A stretch of 62,176 bases of DNA, the filler included. It is 7 parts of 7 records of this genome, joined end to end, with 100 filler letters (N's around TTAATTAATTAA, not from the genome) between each part and the next. Parts side by side here need not be neighbours in the genome. Positions count along the whole stretch, not along the records: positions 49,361 to 55,696 come from SRR31156797_25759; positions 55,797 to 62,176 come from SRR31156797_25768; 5 more parts are not named here. One strand, written 5' to 3'. The translations under genes were made by a program, and so were the position numbers. Position 1 is the stretch's first letter. Each line of letters opens with the position of its first letter. Positions 51,044 through 61,258 of the stretch are shown here, piece after piece. Below the pieces are notes generated by a model. The model ran no database searches and had not been told where the DNA came from. It worked only from the letters and a program-made list of their open reading frames with translations.

Positions 51044-52072
51044 GTGAAAGCGGTAAAAATTACAGGTATACAACAGGTTGAAGTCCTTAATACTTCTTCA
51101 CAGCAAACTTTAAAAGCAAATGAAGTTAAAGTTGCTGTAAAAACTGTTGGGGTTTGCGGATCAGATATTCATTACTATAAAGAGGGTAATATTGGTTCAC
51201 AAATCGTTGATTTTCCTTGGGGAGTTGGTCATGAGGGAGCCGGTCAGGTTGTTGAAGTAGGTGCTCAGGTGACTACACTTAAAACAGGGGACCGTGTGGC
51301 TATTGAACCGAACATGTATTGTGGAGAGTGTTCAGAATGCCGGAAAGGTCGTCAACATACTTGTTTAAACCAGCGTTTTTTAGGTTGTCCGGGACAAGTT
51401 GAAGGATGTATGGTTGAGTATATAAATTTACCGTCATATTGTTGTGAAAAAGTTCCGGAGAATATTTCTTTTCAGTTAGCAGCATTTGCAGAGCCTCTAT
51501 CCATTGGATTATATGCGTTTAAGTTGAGTGAAATGTCTCAGCAGGAAAACAATATTGCCATTTTAGGTAGTGGTCCAATAGGGTTATCAGTTTTAGCATC
51601 ATGCTTAAAAAATAAACAAACAAAACTAGCCGTAACGGATTTACTCGGATACAGAATTGAGTTTGCTAAAGCGATAGGGGCGCAACTGGCTTGTCATCCC
51701 ACAGAAGAAGATCAGATAATGGATTTCGTAAGTGTGGGTTATGATGTAGTATTTGAATGTTGTGGAAAACAAGAGGCATTAGATCAGGCATTAAGGATTT
51801 TAAAACCGGGAGGAAAACTGGTGTTTGTTGGAATACCTGAAACACAATCTTTAAGCTACAATATGGATCTGATGCGAAGAAAAGAAATTTGTGTTCAGAA
51901 TGTGCGTCGTCAGAATAATTGCTTTACAGAGGCCATTCAGATGATTGCGGAAGATCCGGGATATTTTGAGCAAATGATAACTCACAATTATTCAGTTAAT
52001 GAAGCTGACGAAGCATTTAAATGTGTATCTGAATATAGTAACAATGTAATTAAAGCAATGGTTAATTTTTAA
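51044..52072 (+). CDS. Zn-dependent polyol (sorbitol/arabitol-type) dehydrogenase, MDR family
   Basis: GVCGSDIHYY, GHEGAG, CGECSEC...C, EPLS, GSGPIG. Confidence 0.88.
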   Translation: MKAVKITGIQQVEVLNTSSQQTLKANEVKVAVKTVGVCGSDIHYYKEGNIGSQIVDFPWGVGHEGAGQVVEVGAQVTTLKTGDRVAIEPNMYCGECSECRKGRQHTCLNQRFLGCPGQVEGCMVEYINLPSYCCEKVPENISFQLAAFAEPLSIGLYAFKLSEMSQQENNIAILGSGPIGLSVLASCLKNKQTKLAVTDLLGYRIEFAKAIGAQLACHPTEEDQIMDFVSVGYDVVFECCGKQEALDQALRILKPGGKLVFVGIPETQSLSYNMDLMRRKEICVQNVRRQNNCFTEAIQMIAEDPGYFEQMITHNYSVNEADEAFKCVSEYSNNVIKAMVNF

Positions 52073-52097
52073 TTGACTAATACAAAAAAAGATAAAA

Positions 52098-53735
52098 ATG
52101 AAAAAACAATATGTAATCGGGTTAGATTATGGTTCTGACTCAGCAAGAGCGTTAATAGTTGATGTGGTTACAGGTGAAGAAATGGCTTCATCAGTAAAGT
52201 ATTATCCACGTTGGATGGATGGTAAATATTGTGTGCCTGCACAAAACCAATACCGTCAGCATCCAAAAGATTATTTAGAAGTAATGGAAGCTACTATTAC
52301 TGAAGCGTTAGCTAAATGTGATACTGCTGTAGCAGAGAATGTAGTGGGTATTTCATTTGATACTACAGGAAGTACACCTGCATTAACTGATGCAAATGGA
52401 ACTCCATTAGCAATGTTGCCTGAGTTTGAAGAAAACCCGAATGCAATGTTTATTTTATGGAAAGACCATACTGCTGTAAAAGAGGCTGATGAAATTAACG
52501 AATTAGCTCGCAAATGGGATGTAGATTATACTAAATATGAAGGTGGAATCTACTCTTCAGAATGGGTATGGGCGAAAGTACTAAGAACTTTACGTATCGA
52601 TCCTGCAGTTAAAGCTGCTGCAACATCTTGGATTGAGTATTGTGACTGGTTGCCTGCTGTTTTAACTGGTAAAACAGGTATTAAAGAAGTAAAAAGAAGC
52701 CGTTGTGCAGCAGGTCACAAAGCTCTATGGCATACAGACTGGAATGGTCTTCCTCCTGAAGAGTTTTTAGTAGAGCTTGGTCCTGAATTAAAAGGAATGC
52801 GCGAAAACCTTTTCGAAGAAACTTTTACAAGTGATGAAGCTTTTGGAACTTTGACTCCTGAGTGGGCTGAAAAACTAGGTTTATCAACTGATGTAGTTAT
52901 TGGTGTAAGTGCATTTGATGCGCATATGGGTGCTGTAGGTGCTGAAATTGAAGCCAATACTTTTGTTCGAATCATGGGTACTTCAACTTGTGATATCATG
53001 GTTTCTCCTGAAGAGCAATTAGGTGATAAATTAATCCCGGGTATCTGTGGTCAGGTTGATGGTTCTGTAATTCCAGGAATGGTTGGATTAGAAGCTGGTC
53101 AGTCTGCTTTTGGTGATGTTTACGCTTGGTTTAAAAATGTATTAGCTTGGCCATTACAATTCATTGATGATAAAGATCAAGCTAAAGCTATCGAAGATAA
53201 AATTATCCCAGCATTATCAGAAGAGGCTATTAAAATTCCTTTAGAGGAGTCTACTATTTTAGCTACTGACTGGTTAAACGGTCGTCGTACTCCTGACGCT
53301 ACACAAAACGTAAAAGGTACCATTACAGGATTAAACTTAGGATCTTCGGCTCCTCGTATTTTCCGTGCATTAGTTGAAGCTACTGCTTATGGTTCTAAAG
53401 CTATTGTTCAGCGTTTCCTTGATAATGGTGTAAAAGTTGATCAGGTAGTTGCTATTGGTGGTGTGGCTAAAAAATCGGATTTCGTAATGCAAACCTTAGC
53501 AGATGTATTAGGAATGCCAATTAAAGTAGCTCGTTCTGAGCAAAGTGTGGCTTTAGGTGCAGCTATGTTTGCAGCTGTTGCTTCAGGAGCACACAAAACA
53601 ATTGCTGAGGCTCAAAAAGCAATGGGTCAAGGTTTTGAAAAGGAATACAATCCAATTCCTGAAAACGTAGAGGCTTATAGAACTTTATTCGACAAGTATA
53701 TCAAGTTAGGTGAGTTCACTGAAAAAGAACTTTAA
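52098..53735 (+). CDS. araB: Ribulokinase
   Basis: IGLDYGSDSAR, LWKDHTA, YSSEW, RSRCAAGHK, GICGQVDGS, DWLNGRRTP. Confidence 0.95.
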   Translation: MKKQYVIGLDYGSDSARALIVDVVTGEEMASSVKYYPRWMDGKYCVPAQNQYRQHPKDYLEVMEATITEALAKCDTAVAENVVGISFDTTGSTPALTDANGTPLAMLPEFEENPNAMFILWKDHTAVKEADEINELARKWDVDYTKYEGGIYSSEWVWAKVLRTLRIDPAVKAAATSWIEYCDWLPAVLTGKTGIKEVKRSRCAAGHKALWHTDWNGLPPEEFLVELGPELKGMRENLFEETFTSDEAFGTLTPEWAEKLGLSTDVVIGVSAFDAHMGAVGAEIEANTFVRIMGTSTCDIMVSPEEQLGDKLIPGICGQVDGSVIPGMVGLEAGQSAFGDVYAWFKNVLAWPLQFIDDKDQAKAIEDKIIPALSEEAIKIPLEESTILATDWLNGRRTPDATQNVKGTITGLNLGSSAPRIFRALVEATAYGSKAIVQRFLDNGVKVDQVVAIGGVAKKSDFVMQTLADVLGMPIKVARSEQSVALGAAMFAAVASGAHKTIAEAQKAMGQGFEKEYNPIPENVEAYRTLFDKYIKLGEFTEKEL

Positions 53736-53749
53736 TATAAAGATAGGAT

Positions 53750-53775
53750 AGCAGAAAGGTGAAAGCCTTTCTGCT
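53750..53775 (+). terminator. Intergenic stem-loop
   Basis: AGCAGAAAGG-TGAAAG-CCTTTCTGCT. Confidence 0.55.
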
Positions 53776-53793
53776 TCATTCAAAACATTAAAT

Positions 53794-54228
53794 ATGGTTA
53801 TAGGATTAGCATCTGACCATGCAGGTTTTGATTTAAAAATCAAAATCAAAGCATATCTTGAAAGTAAAGGAATTACAGTTCAGGATTTTGGTACTGATTC
53901 TGCAGAAAGCTGCGATTATGCAGATTATGCACATCAGCTGGCTAACAATATTGAAAACGGAACATTAAAGGTAGGTTTGGCTTTTTGTGGAAGTGGAAAT
54001 GGGATTAACATTACCTTAAACAGACATGCTCAGGTTCGTTCTGCATATTGCTGGCAAACCGAAATCGCAGCATTAGCTCGTCAACACAACGATGCAAATA
54101 TTTGTACAATACCTGCTCGTTTTATAGAAGAGGATACTGCAAAAGAAATTATCGATACCTTTTTGTCTACTGAATTTGAAGGTGGAAGACACCAAAAGCG
54201 TATTGAAAAGATTGAATTAGATAAGTAA
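53794..54228 (+). CDS. rpiB: Ribose-5-phosphate isomerase B
   Basis: ASDHAG, CGSGNG, ARQHNDAN, FEGGRHQKR. Confidence 0.95.
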   Translation: MVIGLASDHAGFDLKIKIKAYLESKGITVQDFGTDSAESCDYADYAHQLANNIENGTLKVGLAFCGSGNGINITLNRHAQVRSAYCWQTEIAALARQHNDANICTIPARFIEEDTAKEIIDTFLSTEFEGGRHQKRIEKIELDK

Positions 54229-54265
54229 GATTTCAAATTAGAATAATCAGAAGAATATTATAGAT

Positions 54266-55696
54266 ATGTCACAAATTAGTGTAACAGACAAGGCTGCTAA
54301 TAACATTAGAATTTTATCTGCAGCAATGGTAGAGAAGGCAAAGTCAGGTCACCCAGGTGGAGCTATGGGTGGAGCGGATTTTGTTAATGTATTGTATTCA
54401 GAATTCCTGAACTACGATCCAAAAAACATGACTAACCCATTTCGCGATCGTTTCTTTTTAGATCCGGGTCACATGTCTCCAATGCTTTACAGTATATTGT
54501 CATTGGCTGGATTTTATTCAATGGAAGATTTAGCTAATTTCCGTCAGTGGGATAGCGTAACTCCAGGTCACCCAGAGGTAGATGTACTTAGAGGTGTTGA
54601 GAATACTTCAGGTCCACTAGGACAAGGTCATGCAATGGCTGTTGGTGCTGCAATTACTGAGCGTTTCTTAGCGGCTCGTTTTGGTGAGTGGACTGCACAC
54701 AAAACATATGCTTTTATTTCTGATGGTGGTGTTCAGGAAGAAATTAGCCAGGGTGCTGGTCGTATTGCTGGTTTCTTAGGATTGAGTAACCTAATCATGT
54801 TTTACGATTCTAACGACATCCAGTTATCTACTACAGTAAGCGAAGTTACTTGCGAAGATGTAGCTAAAAAATATGATGCATGGGGTTGGAACGTAATTAG
54901 TATTAATGGTAACTGCGCTGAGGATATCAGAGCTGCTATTAAAAAAGCGCAAGCAGAAACTGAAAAGCCAACTATCATTATTGGTAAAACGATAATGGGT
55001 AAAGGTAGTGTTGATGGAGAAGGTGGTAGCTACGAAGGCAAAACTTCTACTCATGGTCAGCCTTTATCTGCTGCAGGAGCTGATTTTAACTCAACAATTG
55101 CTAACCTTGGTGGTGATGGAGAAAATCCATTTGTTATTTTCCCTGAGGTTGAAGAATTATATGCAAAACGTAAAGAAGAATTAGCTAAATGGGCTGCAGA
55201 GCAAGCTAAAACTCAAAAAGAGTGGGCTGCTGCTAACCCTGAGTTAAGTGCTAAATTAGAGCAATTCTTCTCAGGTAAATTACCTGAAATTGACTTTGCT
55301 GCAATTGCACAAAAAGAAGATTCAGCTACTCGTGCTGCTTCTGCTGCTGTATTATCAGTATTGGCTGACAAAGTAGAAAACATGATTGTGGCTTCTGCGG
55401 ATTTAGCTAACTCTGATAAGACAGATGGTTTCCTTAAGAAGACCACTGCCTTCAAAAAAGGTGATTTCTCTGGAGCTTTCTTCCAGGCTGGAGTTTGTGA
55501 GTTGACAATGGCTGTAATTATGAACGGTATGGCATTACATGGTGGTGTTATCCCTGCTTGTGGTACTTTCTTTGTATTTAGTGATTACATGAAGCCAGCT
55601 GTACGTTTAGCTGCTTTAATGGAGCTACCAGTTAAATACATCTGGACACATGATGCTTTCCGTGTAGGAGAAGATGGTCCTACTCACCAGCCAATT
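54266..55696 (+). CDS. tkt: Transketolase (3'-truncated)
   Basis: SGHPGGAMG, TPGHPE, SGPLGQG, SDGG, THDAFRVGEDGPTHQP. Confidence 0.96.
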
Positions 55697-55796
55697 NNNN
55701 NNNNNNNNNNNNNNNNNNNNNNNNNNNNNNNNNNNNNNNNTTAATTAATTAANNNNNNNNNNNNNNNNNNNNNNNNNNNNNNNNNNNNNNNNNNNN
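55697..55796. other. Artificial contig spacer
   Basis: N-run/TTAATTAATTAA/N-run. Confidence 0.98.
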
Positions 55797-56141
55797 CCCG
55801 GTGAGGACGTGCACCTTTTCGGTGTTGATCAGCCGTTCCGCCTCGGCAACCCCTTTTTCCGGTTTCGATTCGGAATCGGCATAGACCAGTTCCAATTTCG
55901 CGCCACCCAGCGCTTTGATCCCTCCGGCCGCATTGATCTCTTCAACTGCCATCTCACGAGCCTGTTTTCCCTGCTGGCCAACGGTGGCGGAAGGACCCGA
56001 AAGGGGAATGATATTGCCGATTTTCACGATGGTGTCGGCGGCCGCAGCCGGTCCGGTAAATCCAAAGGCCAATCCTATGGCCGAAACAGCGATCCCTATC
56101 CAAACCCACGACCTCGAATTTTTGGTCAACCCTTGCTTCAT
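55797..56141 (-). CDS. Branched-chain amino acid-type ABC transporter substrate-binding protein (3'-truncated)
   Basis: Signal peptide; VKIGNIIPLSG, AVEEINAAGGI..LGGAKLEL, EAERLI; AGGAG SD before ATG 56141. Confidence 0.9.
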
Positions 56142-56303
56142 GATTTTTCTCCTTTTCCTGAGTGTATCCGATACTGGTTTCCGTACTTCCGTGACTGCGG
56201 CCTCTTGAACAAATCTTCCAACCACACGAAACGTGAATTCCATAGAAAGATTCGTCTGCGCATACTGGTTGTAAAAACATTCGACAGTGTCGGCACATGC
56301 AAT

Positions 56304-56319
56304 CGCAAAGCATGTGCCA
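56304..56319 (-). promoter_or_regulatory. Sigma54 -24/-12 promoter
   Basis: Minus strand TGGCAC-ATGCT-TTGCG, with exact consensus spacing. Confidence 0.8.
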
Positions 56320-56417
56320 TTGCCGAGGAACGAAGGCCAACCGGCCGTAATTAAATGAATATTACTTGTAGTGGGAGCGAAGGGATCAAGGGGAAGGGTC
56401 TCGTGTCAACCGCCTAT

Positions 56418-56452
56418 GTCAATATAAGTTGACACAGTCAGCTTATGTTGAC
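56418..56452. promoter_or_regulatory. Tandem palindromic enhancer (UAS) candidates
   Basis: GTCAA-tataag-TTGAC and GTCAG-cttatg-TTGAC, 100-130 bp upstream of the sigma54 promoter. Confidence 0.55.
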
Positions 56453-57868
56453 GTTTTGATTTCTTCGTTTCAATCGTTTGCTCAGCGCCTGTTTGCTGAT
56501 GCCCAACGTGACGGCCGCCTTGCTCTGGTTGTTATTGGCGTCTTCCAAAGCTTTTTTCACGGCGTATTCCGACAACTCCGCAAGCGTAGGAAAATGGCCG
56601 AACAATGTTTCGAGGGAGGCTGGGCGGGAGGGTGGAATTATCCCTGCATTGGTGGATGGGGAAAGGGGCAGTCGGCTGCCGATATCCTTTTCGTTCAACT
56701 CTTCCGATTGGCACTGGGCAACGGCATCGTAGACGTAAGTCTTCAGTTCGCGAACATTTCCGGGAAAGTGTTGGGAAGCGAAAAGATCCAACAGGCGTTT
56801 GTTGATGGTTACGATTTTTTTCCCCATGCTTTTGGCCGCCTGGTCCGCTAAATGGGCCACCAGCAGGGGGATATCCTCCCTTCTTTCGCGAAGCGGCGGT
56901 ATTTGAATCAAATGCGTAGACAGACGGTAGTAGAGATCTATCCGAAATTCATTTTTCCTGCCCGCCAGATAGTTCAAATTCCTGTTTGTCGCCGTAATGA
57001 TCCGGGCCCGGCAATTTTTTGGCTGATCATCACCGAGGGGGTAGTAAATCCCTTCTTGAATCAAACGCAGTAGCTTAACCTGAGAAGGTTTGCTCAGATC
57101 ACCGACTTCATCCAGAAACAGTGTTCCGCCGGACGCCTTTTGAATCAGACCGGTCCTGTCTTTTTCTGCACCGGTGAAAGCGCCTTTTCTGTGACCGAAC
57201 AATGTGTCGGAGAAAAGGGTGTCATCCAGCCCCGAGACGTCGACGGCAACGAATTTTCCAGGGTACCCGCTTACGTCGTGAATAGCCCTTGCGAACAGCT
57301 CTTTCCCCGAGCCGGTTTCTCCCAAAAGGAGAACGGGTTGACCACTTGCGGCGATGGATTCGATATACTGAAAAAGACGGAGCATTACAGGGTTTTCTGT
57401 AATAATCCGGGAAAAAATGGACGGGTGGTGCAATTTTTTGGAAATGGAGAGGCCCTTTAGCGTCATCACCTCGTGGCGGAGAGCGGAGATCTCGAGGGCA
57501 TTGCGCAGTGCGGAACTGAATTTTTCCGAATCAATGGGTTTTACAAGATAGTCATGGGCCCCCAATTTCAGACATTCCACGGCCATTTCCACATCGGAAT
57601 TGGCGGTGCAAATGATCACCGGTGTGTGGGGGTGTGTTTCCCTCAGTTCCTTCAACGCCTCTTTGCCGGACTTGTGTGGCATGTTCAAATCGAGAAACAC
57701 GATGGCCGGATGGCGTTTTTCCATAAGGGGCATCAAATCCCGGCTGTCCTGGACCGTTGTGATCCGTTTGAGTCCCATGGTCTGAAGCAGAAAGCTGTAG
57801 GCCTTCAATTCCGACCGCTCGTCGTCCACGAGAATGATGTTGGTATTGACGTTGGAAAAATTAATCAT
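56438..57868 (-). CDS. Sigma54-dependent NtrC-family response regulator
   Basis: Receiver domain; GETGSGKE, GAFTGA, LFLDEVG, FPGNVREL; C-terminal Fis HTH. Confidence 0.95.
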   Translation of the reverse strand: MINFSNVNTNIILVDDERSELKAYSFLLQTMGLKRITTVQDSRDLMPLMEKRHPAIVFLDLNMPHKSGKEALKELRETHPHTPVIICTANSDVEMAVECLKLGAHDYLVKPIDSEKFSSALRNALEISALRHEVMTLKGLSISKKLHHPSIFSRIITENPVMLRLFQYIESIAASGQPVLLLGETGSGKELFARAIHDVSGYPGKFVAVDVSGLDDTLFSDTLFGHRKGAFTGAEKDRTGLIQKASGGTLFLDEVGDLSKPSQVKLLRLIQEGIYYPLGDDQPKNCRARIITATNRNLNYLAGRKNEFRIDLYYRLSTHLIQIPPLRERREDIPLLVAHLADQAAKSMGKKIVTINKRLLDLFASQHFPGNVRELKTYVYDAVAQCQSEELNEKDIGSRLPLSPSTNAGIIPPSRPASLETLFGHFPTLAELSEYAVKKALEDANNNQSKAAVTLGISKQALSKRLKRRNQNVNIS

Positions 57869-60008
57869 GCACGCTGCCTTTCAATTTGCTGAGTGGCAGT
57901 TCGATCATAAATTGTGCCCCGACGGACTGCTTTTTTGCCGATATCCGGCCCTTCATCTCTTTTTCGACAATCTGTTTTGCCATGTACAGCCCGATACCCG
58001 TTCCCGTTGCCGTTCCTTTGGTGGTAAAATAGGGGGTAAAAATTTTTGGCAGCATCGCCTCGGGTATGCCACAGCCCGTGTCGGAAATCATGATGACCAC
58101 CATCTTCTCCATCGCACGCACGGTAAGCGCAATAGATTGATTTGTCACCTTTTTTTCTCCTTGTGCCCGTTTTTCGTTGATGGCGTCTTTTGCATTGGAT
58201 ATCACATTGACCAGCACATGGACCAATTCATTTTTATAGCCGAAAACACGCAATTTTCCATGTTTTGACAATTCATTGAGTTCAAACCGAATCGCATTTT
58301 GTTTCAACTGCGGTCTGATGATTTTCACCGCGGAGCCAATGGCTTCGCCGACCGAAAAGACAGCTTTGGTTTTCGATGGTCTGAAATATTGTCTAAAATC
58401 GTTGATCGTACTGGACATAAACTGGATCTGGGAGTCTGATTCGGCAACCAGTTTGTCGATAAATGCCTTGGAAAGTAAATTGTTGTAAAGTGCCGGTTTA
58501 AGGCTGGCAATGTAGGTAGACAGAGCATTCAAGGGTTGTCGCCACTGATGGGCGATGGCGCTGAGCATTTCCCCCATGGCGGCCAGTTTCTGCGCCTGCC
58601 GGAGTTCCTGTTCGGCATTGACCCGTTTTGAGATATCCCAGATACTATAAAGGGTTACCATCTCGCTATCCAACTGTAAGGTTTTTACACCCACCTCCGC
58701 AGGGAATTCGGATCCGTCCTTCCGCACGAAAGTCCATTCAAAGATGGCCTGATCTTGGGCGACCAGTTCCTCAATGATGCGATCGAACCGGCGTTTGCTA
58801 TCCTGCCCATCCTGCTGGATTTTTGATGACAAATCCAGCATTGATTTTCCGATCATCTGTTCAGGGGCGAAACCGAACATGAGCGTTGCTTTCTCGTTGC
58901 ATTCGATAAAGGTGTAATTCTTGCTGAGCAAAATGGCATTGGTGGCGAGGTTGAAAAGGGTCCGGTACCGCGTTTCGATCTCCTTGCGCCGGGTGATCTC
59001 CCCTTTCAAATCTTTGTCCTTTCCGGACAAAATCTCTTGGTGTTGCTGAACAATTTCGTCAAAGCGCCTTTTGGAGACCAGCAGGATAAACACACTTCCG
59101 CCGATGGCCAGAAGGAGGAGTGCAACAATCACACCCAGGATTTTGAAAACCACATCCATGGCAAACAAAAGTGCCGTATTTTTGGCCAGATTGTAGGCTT
59201 CCTCCTTTAAAACCGTTGTACACAAATACCAATCCGAATTCGACAGCTTTTGATACGAGAGCATCTTTTCCTTGCCCTTGTAACGATAGCCATAGGTCCC
59301 TGACCCAGTGACGCCAAAAAGGTTTAAAACCGATTCGAGGCTCGGGTCCGATTCTTGAATTGTGGTTGTCATCAGCAGAGACTCATCCGGATGAATCAAA
59401 ATCGTTCCCTGGCTGTTGATAATGAATGAAAACCCGGAATTACCAATCTTTACATTCATCACGTTCTGTTTCAGGGTATCGAGTATAATATCCGAACTGA
59501 TCACGCCAACGAACCCATTGTTCACCACCAGCGGTTTGACAATGGCGATCACATTTTTATTGGTCGTCATATCCAAATAAGGCGTTGTGAACGTGATCTG
59601 GTTGGTTTGAACCGCTGTCTTATACCAGGGCCGAACCCTCGGATCGTATCCTTCGGGAGGCGTCCAGTTGGCACCATCGATCATGGTGCCATCTTTCAAC
59701 CCGATATAGACGTCACTGAAATTACCCGTCTTCATTGCCATTCGCAAAAACCGCAACGTCTCCGGATTGTTCCCGATGGAGATCTGCTGCACCGCTTCCG
59801 CAGTCGCCTGGATAATGCGAAAGTGCTGAGACAGCCACAACTCGACGGTTTTGGCCGCTTCCGATACAATGCTCTGCTGGTGGCTTTCGACCGTTTTTTC
59901 CGTGATCACCCTGGTGCTGTATTGGGTAACAATCGCCAAAATAGAGATGACAACCAGCAGCAGAGCGGCCCAAAGATATGCTCTATTCTGTTTTATGAAA
60001 CTGCTCAT
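57861..60008 (-). CDS. dCache-PAS sensor histidine kinase
   Basis: YDPRVRPWY...TPYLD amino-acid-binding dCache motif; PAS; IAHQWRQPL; GTGIGLY. Confidence 0.92.
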   Translation of the reverse strand: MSSFIKQNRAYLWAALLLVVISILAIVTQYSTRVITEKTVESHQQSIVSEAAKTVELWLSQHFRIIQATAEAVQQISIGNNPETLRFLRMAMKTGNFSDVYIGLKDGTMIDGANWTPPEGYDPRVRPWYKTAVQTNQITFTTPYLDMTTNKNVIAIVKPLVVNNGFVGVISSDIILDTLKQNVMNVKIGNSGFSFIINSQGTILIHPDESLLMTTTIQESDPSLESVLNLFGVTGSGTYGYRYKGKEKMLSYQKLSNSDWYLCTTVLKEEAYNLAKNTALLFAMDVVFKILGVIVALLLLAIGGSVFILLVSKRRFDEIVQQHQEILSGKDKDLKGEITRRKEIETRYRTLFNLATNAILLSKNYTFIECNEKATLMFGFAPEQMIGKSMLDLSSKIQQDGQDSKRRFDRIIEELVAQDQAIFEWTFVRKDGSEFPAEVGVKTLQLDSEMVTLYSIWDISKRVNAEQELRQAQKLAAMGEMLSAIAHQWRQPLNALSTYIASLKPALYNNLLSKAFIDKLVAESDSQIQFMSSTINDFRQYFRPSKTKAVFSVGEAIGSAVKIIRPQLKQNAIRFELNELSKHGKLRVFGYKNELVHVLVNVISNAKDAINEKRAQGEKKVTNQSIALTVRAMEKMVVIMISDTGCGIPEAMLPKIFTPYFTTKGTATGTGIGLYMAKQIVEKEMKGRISAKKQSVGAQFMIELPLSKLKGSVHD

Positions 60009-60040
60009 CTTTGACCATCTCCTTATTCAACGATAGACAA

Positions 60041-60056
60041 AGCAAATGATATGCCA
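60041..60056 (-). promoter_or_regulatory. Sigma54 -24/-12 promoter upstream of the kinase
   Basis: Minus strand TGGCAT-ATCAT-TTGCT. Confidence 0.7.
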
Positions 60057-60303
60057 TACAACTAATACTGTCAGTCACCGTATCGTTTTTTGTGATTGCG
60101 AAAGATGGAGGAAGTAAAGTTGATGTTTGAATCCAGTAGCCCTTATGGAGAATTCAATAGAGGATCAAGGAGAAATTCCAATTTCGGCCTTATAGAAAGG
60201 CGTAAAATATGATCGTTCAGTGGCCTGAAATAAAATCATCAGCGCTGCGGAAATCTCGCAGCAACCGTCACCGCTGCTGCGAGAAGCAATCCCGATTCCT
60301 AAC

Positions 60304-61200
60304 TCAACGCGCGTATGTAAACCAGTCACTGTTTTCGAACCACTCGCCGTAAATTTTTTCAAAGCGCCCGTCACTCTTGATTTTTTTAAGAAAATCGTTC
60401 AGCCACTTGAGAAAATAAGGGTCATTTTTTCGAATCGCCCATGCAATGGGCTCTTCAGTAAAGGGTTTGTCGAGAAAAACGATGCTGGCGTTTGGATGCA
60501 TGGCCATAAACACGGCATTGAAGGGGAAATCGTAAACAAACGCGTCCGCCGTGCCCTCCAAAACCCGCATGGCCCCTTCCATTTCGGTTCCCACCGGCAC
60601 GTAGGTCGCTCGCGAAATTCGTTTGAAGACCGCCGCCTCACCAGTGGTTCCCGGTTTGGAAGCCACCATGTATACGGAGTCATCCAAATCTTTGTAGGAC
60701 TTGACCGCTATTTCATGGCGGGCGTTGAGCAAAACAGTTTGGCCCACCATCATGAAAGGATCCGCAAAATCGACATGCTCCTCGCGTGACTCAGTGACGG
60801 ACATCCCGCCAAAGATGATATCGAAACGATCCAATTTGAGCGCGGGAATGATGCTGGGCCACACGGTGTCCACAAACACCGGTTTGACCCCCAATGCCCT
60901 GGCCATCTCGATGCCCACATCGATGTCAAACCCCATCAGGCTGAGCTGGCGGCCCTTGCGACGGGTTCCTCCGTGTCGGATCTCTTTCTGGCGCAATCCG
61001 CTACGTTTGTCGATCATTTCAAAAGGCATATAGCCCACTTCCAGGCCGATACGCAGTTCGCCGCGTTGTAGAATGCCTTCCAATGCGGATCCTTCTGAGA
61101 ATTCCACGTCAGCGGCCAAGGCTGTTACATTTCCTTGCCCCATCCAAAGTCCGCATAGAATGAATGCAAACAGTATTTTAAAACAGATATGCTTACCCAT
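60304..61200 (-). CDS. Polar amino-acid ABC-type substrate-binding protein (SBP family 3), standalone
   Basis: RGELRIG...YMPFE, GFDID, IIPAL...FDII.GGMSVT..R...VDF; GGAG SD before ATG 61200. Confidence 0.9.
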   Translation of the reverse strand: MGKHICFKILFAFILCGLWMGQGNVTALAADVEFSEGSALEGILQRGELRIGLEVGYMPFEMIDKRSGLRQKEIRHGGTRRKGRQLSLMGFDIDVGIEMARALGVKPVFVDTVWPSIIPALKLDRFDIIFGGMSVTESREEHVDFADPFMMVGQTVLLNARHEIAVKSYKDLDDSVYMVASKPGTTGEAAVFKRISRATYVPVGTEMEGAMRVLEGTADAFVYDFPFNAVFMAMHPNASIVFLDKPFTEEPIAWAIRKNDPYFLKWLNDFLKKIKSDGRFEKIYGEWFENSDWFTYAR

Positions 61201-61258
61201 GTCCTTCTCTCCTTTGTCCCTTTCGCCTTGACGCCAGTCTACCAAGGTTCAGCGGAGT

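Noticed and set aside
5770-55796. Six recurring TTAATTAATTAA motifs flanked by N runs as a biological repeat, and any cross-spacer gene linkage
   Set aside because: They are synthetic contig linkers. GC content and taxonomy change at each, so adjacency across them is meaningless.
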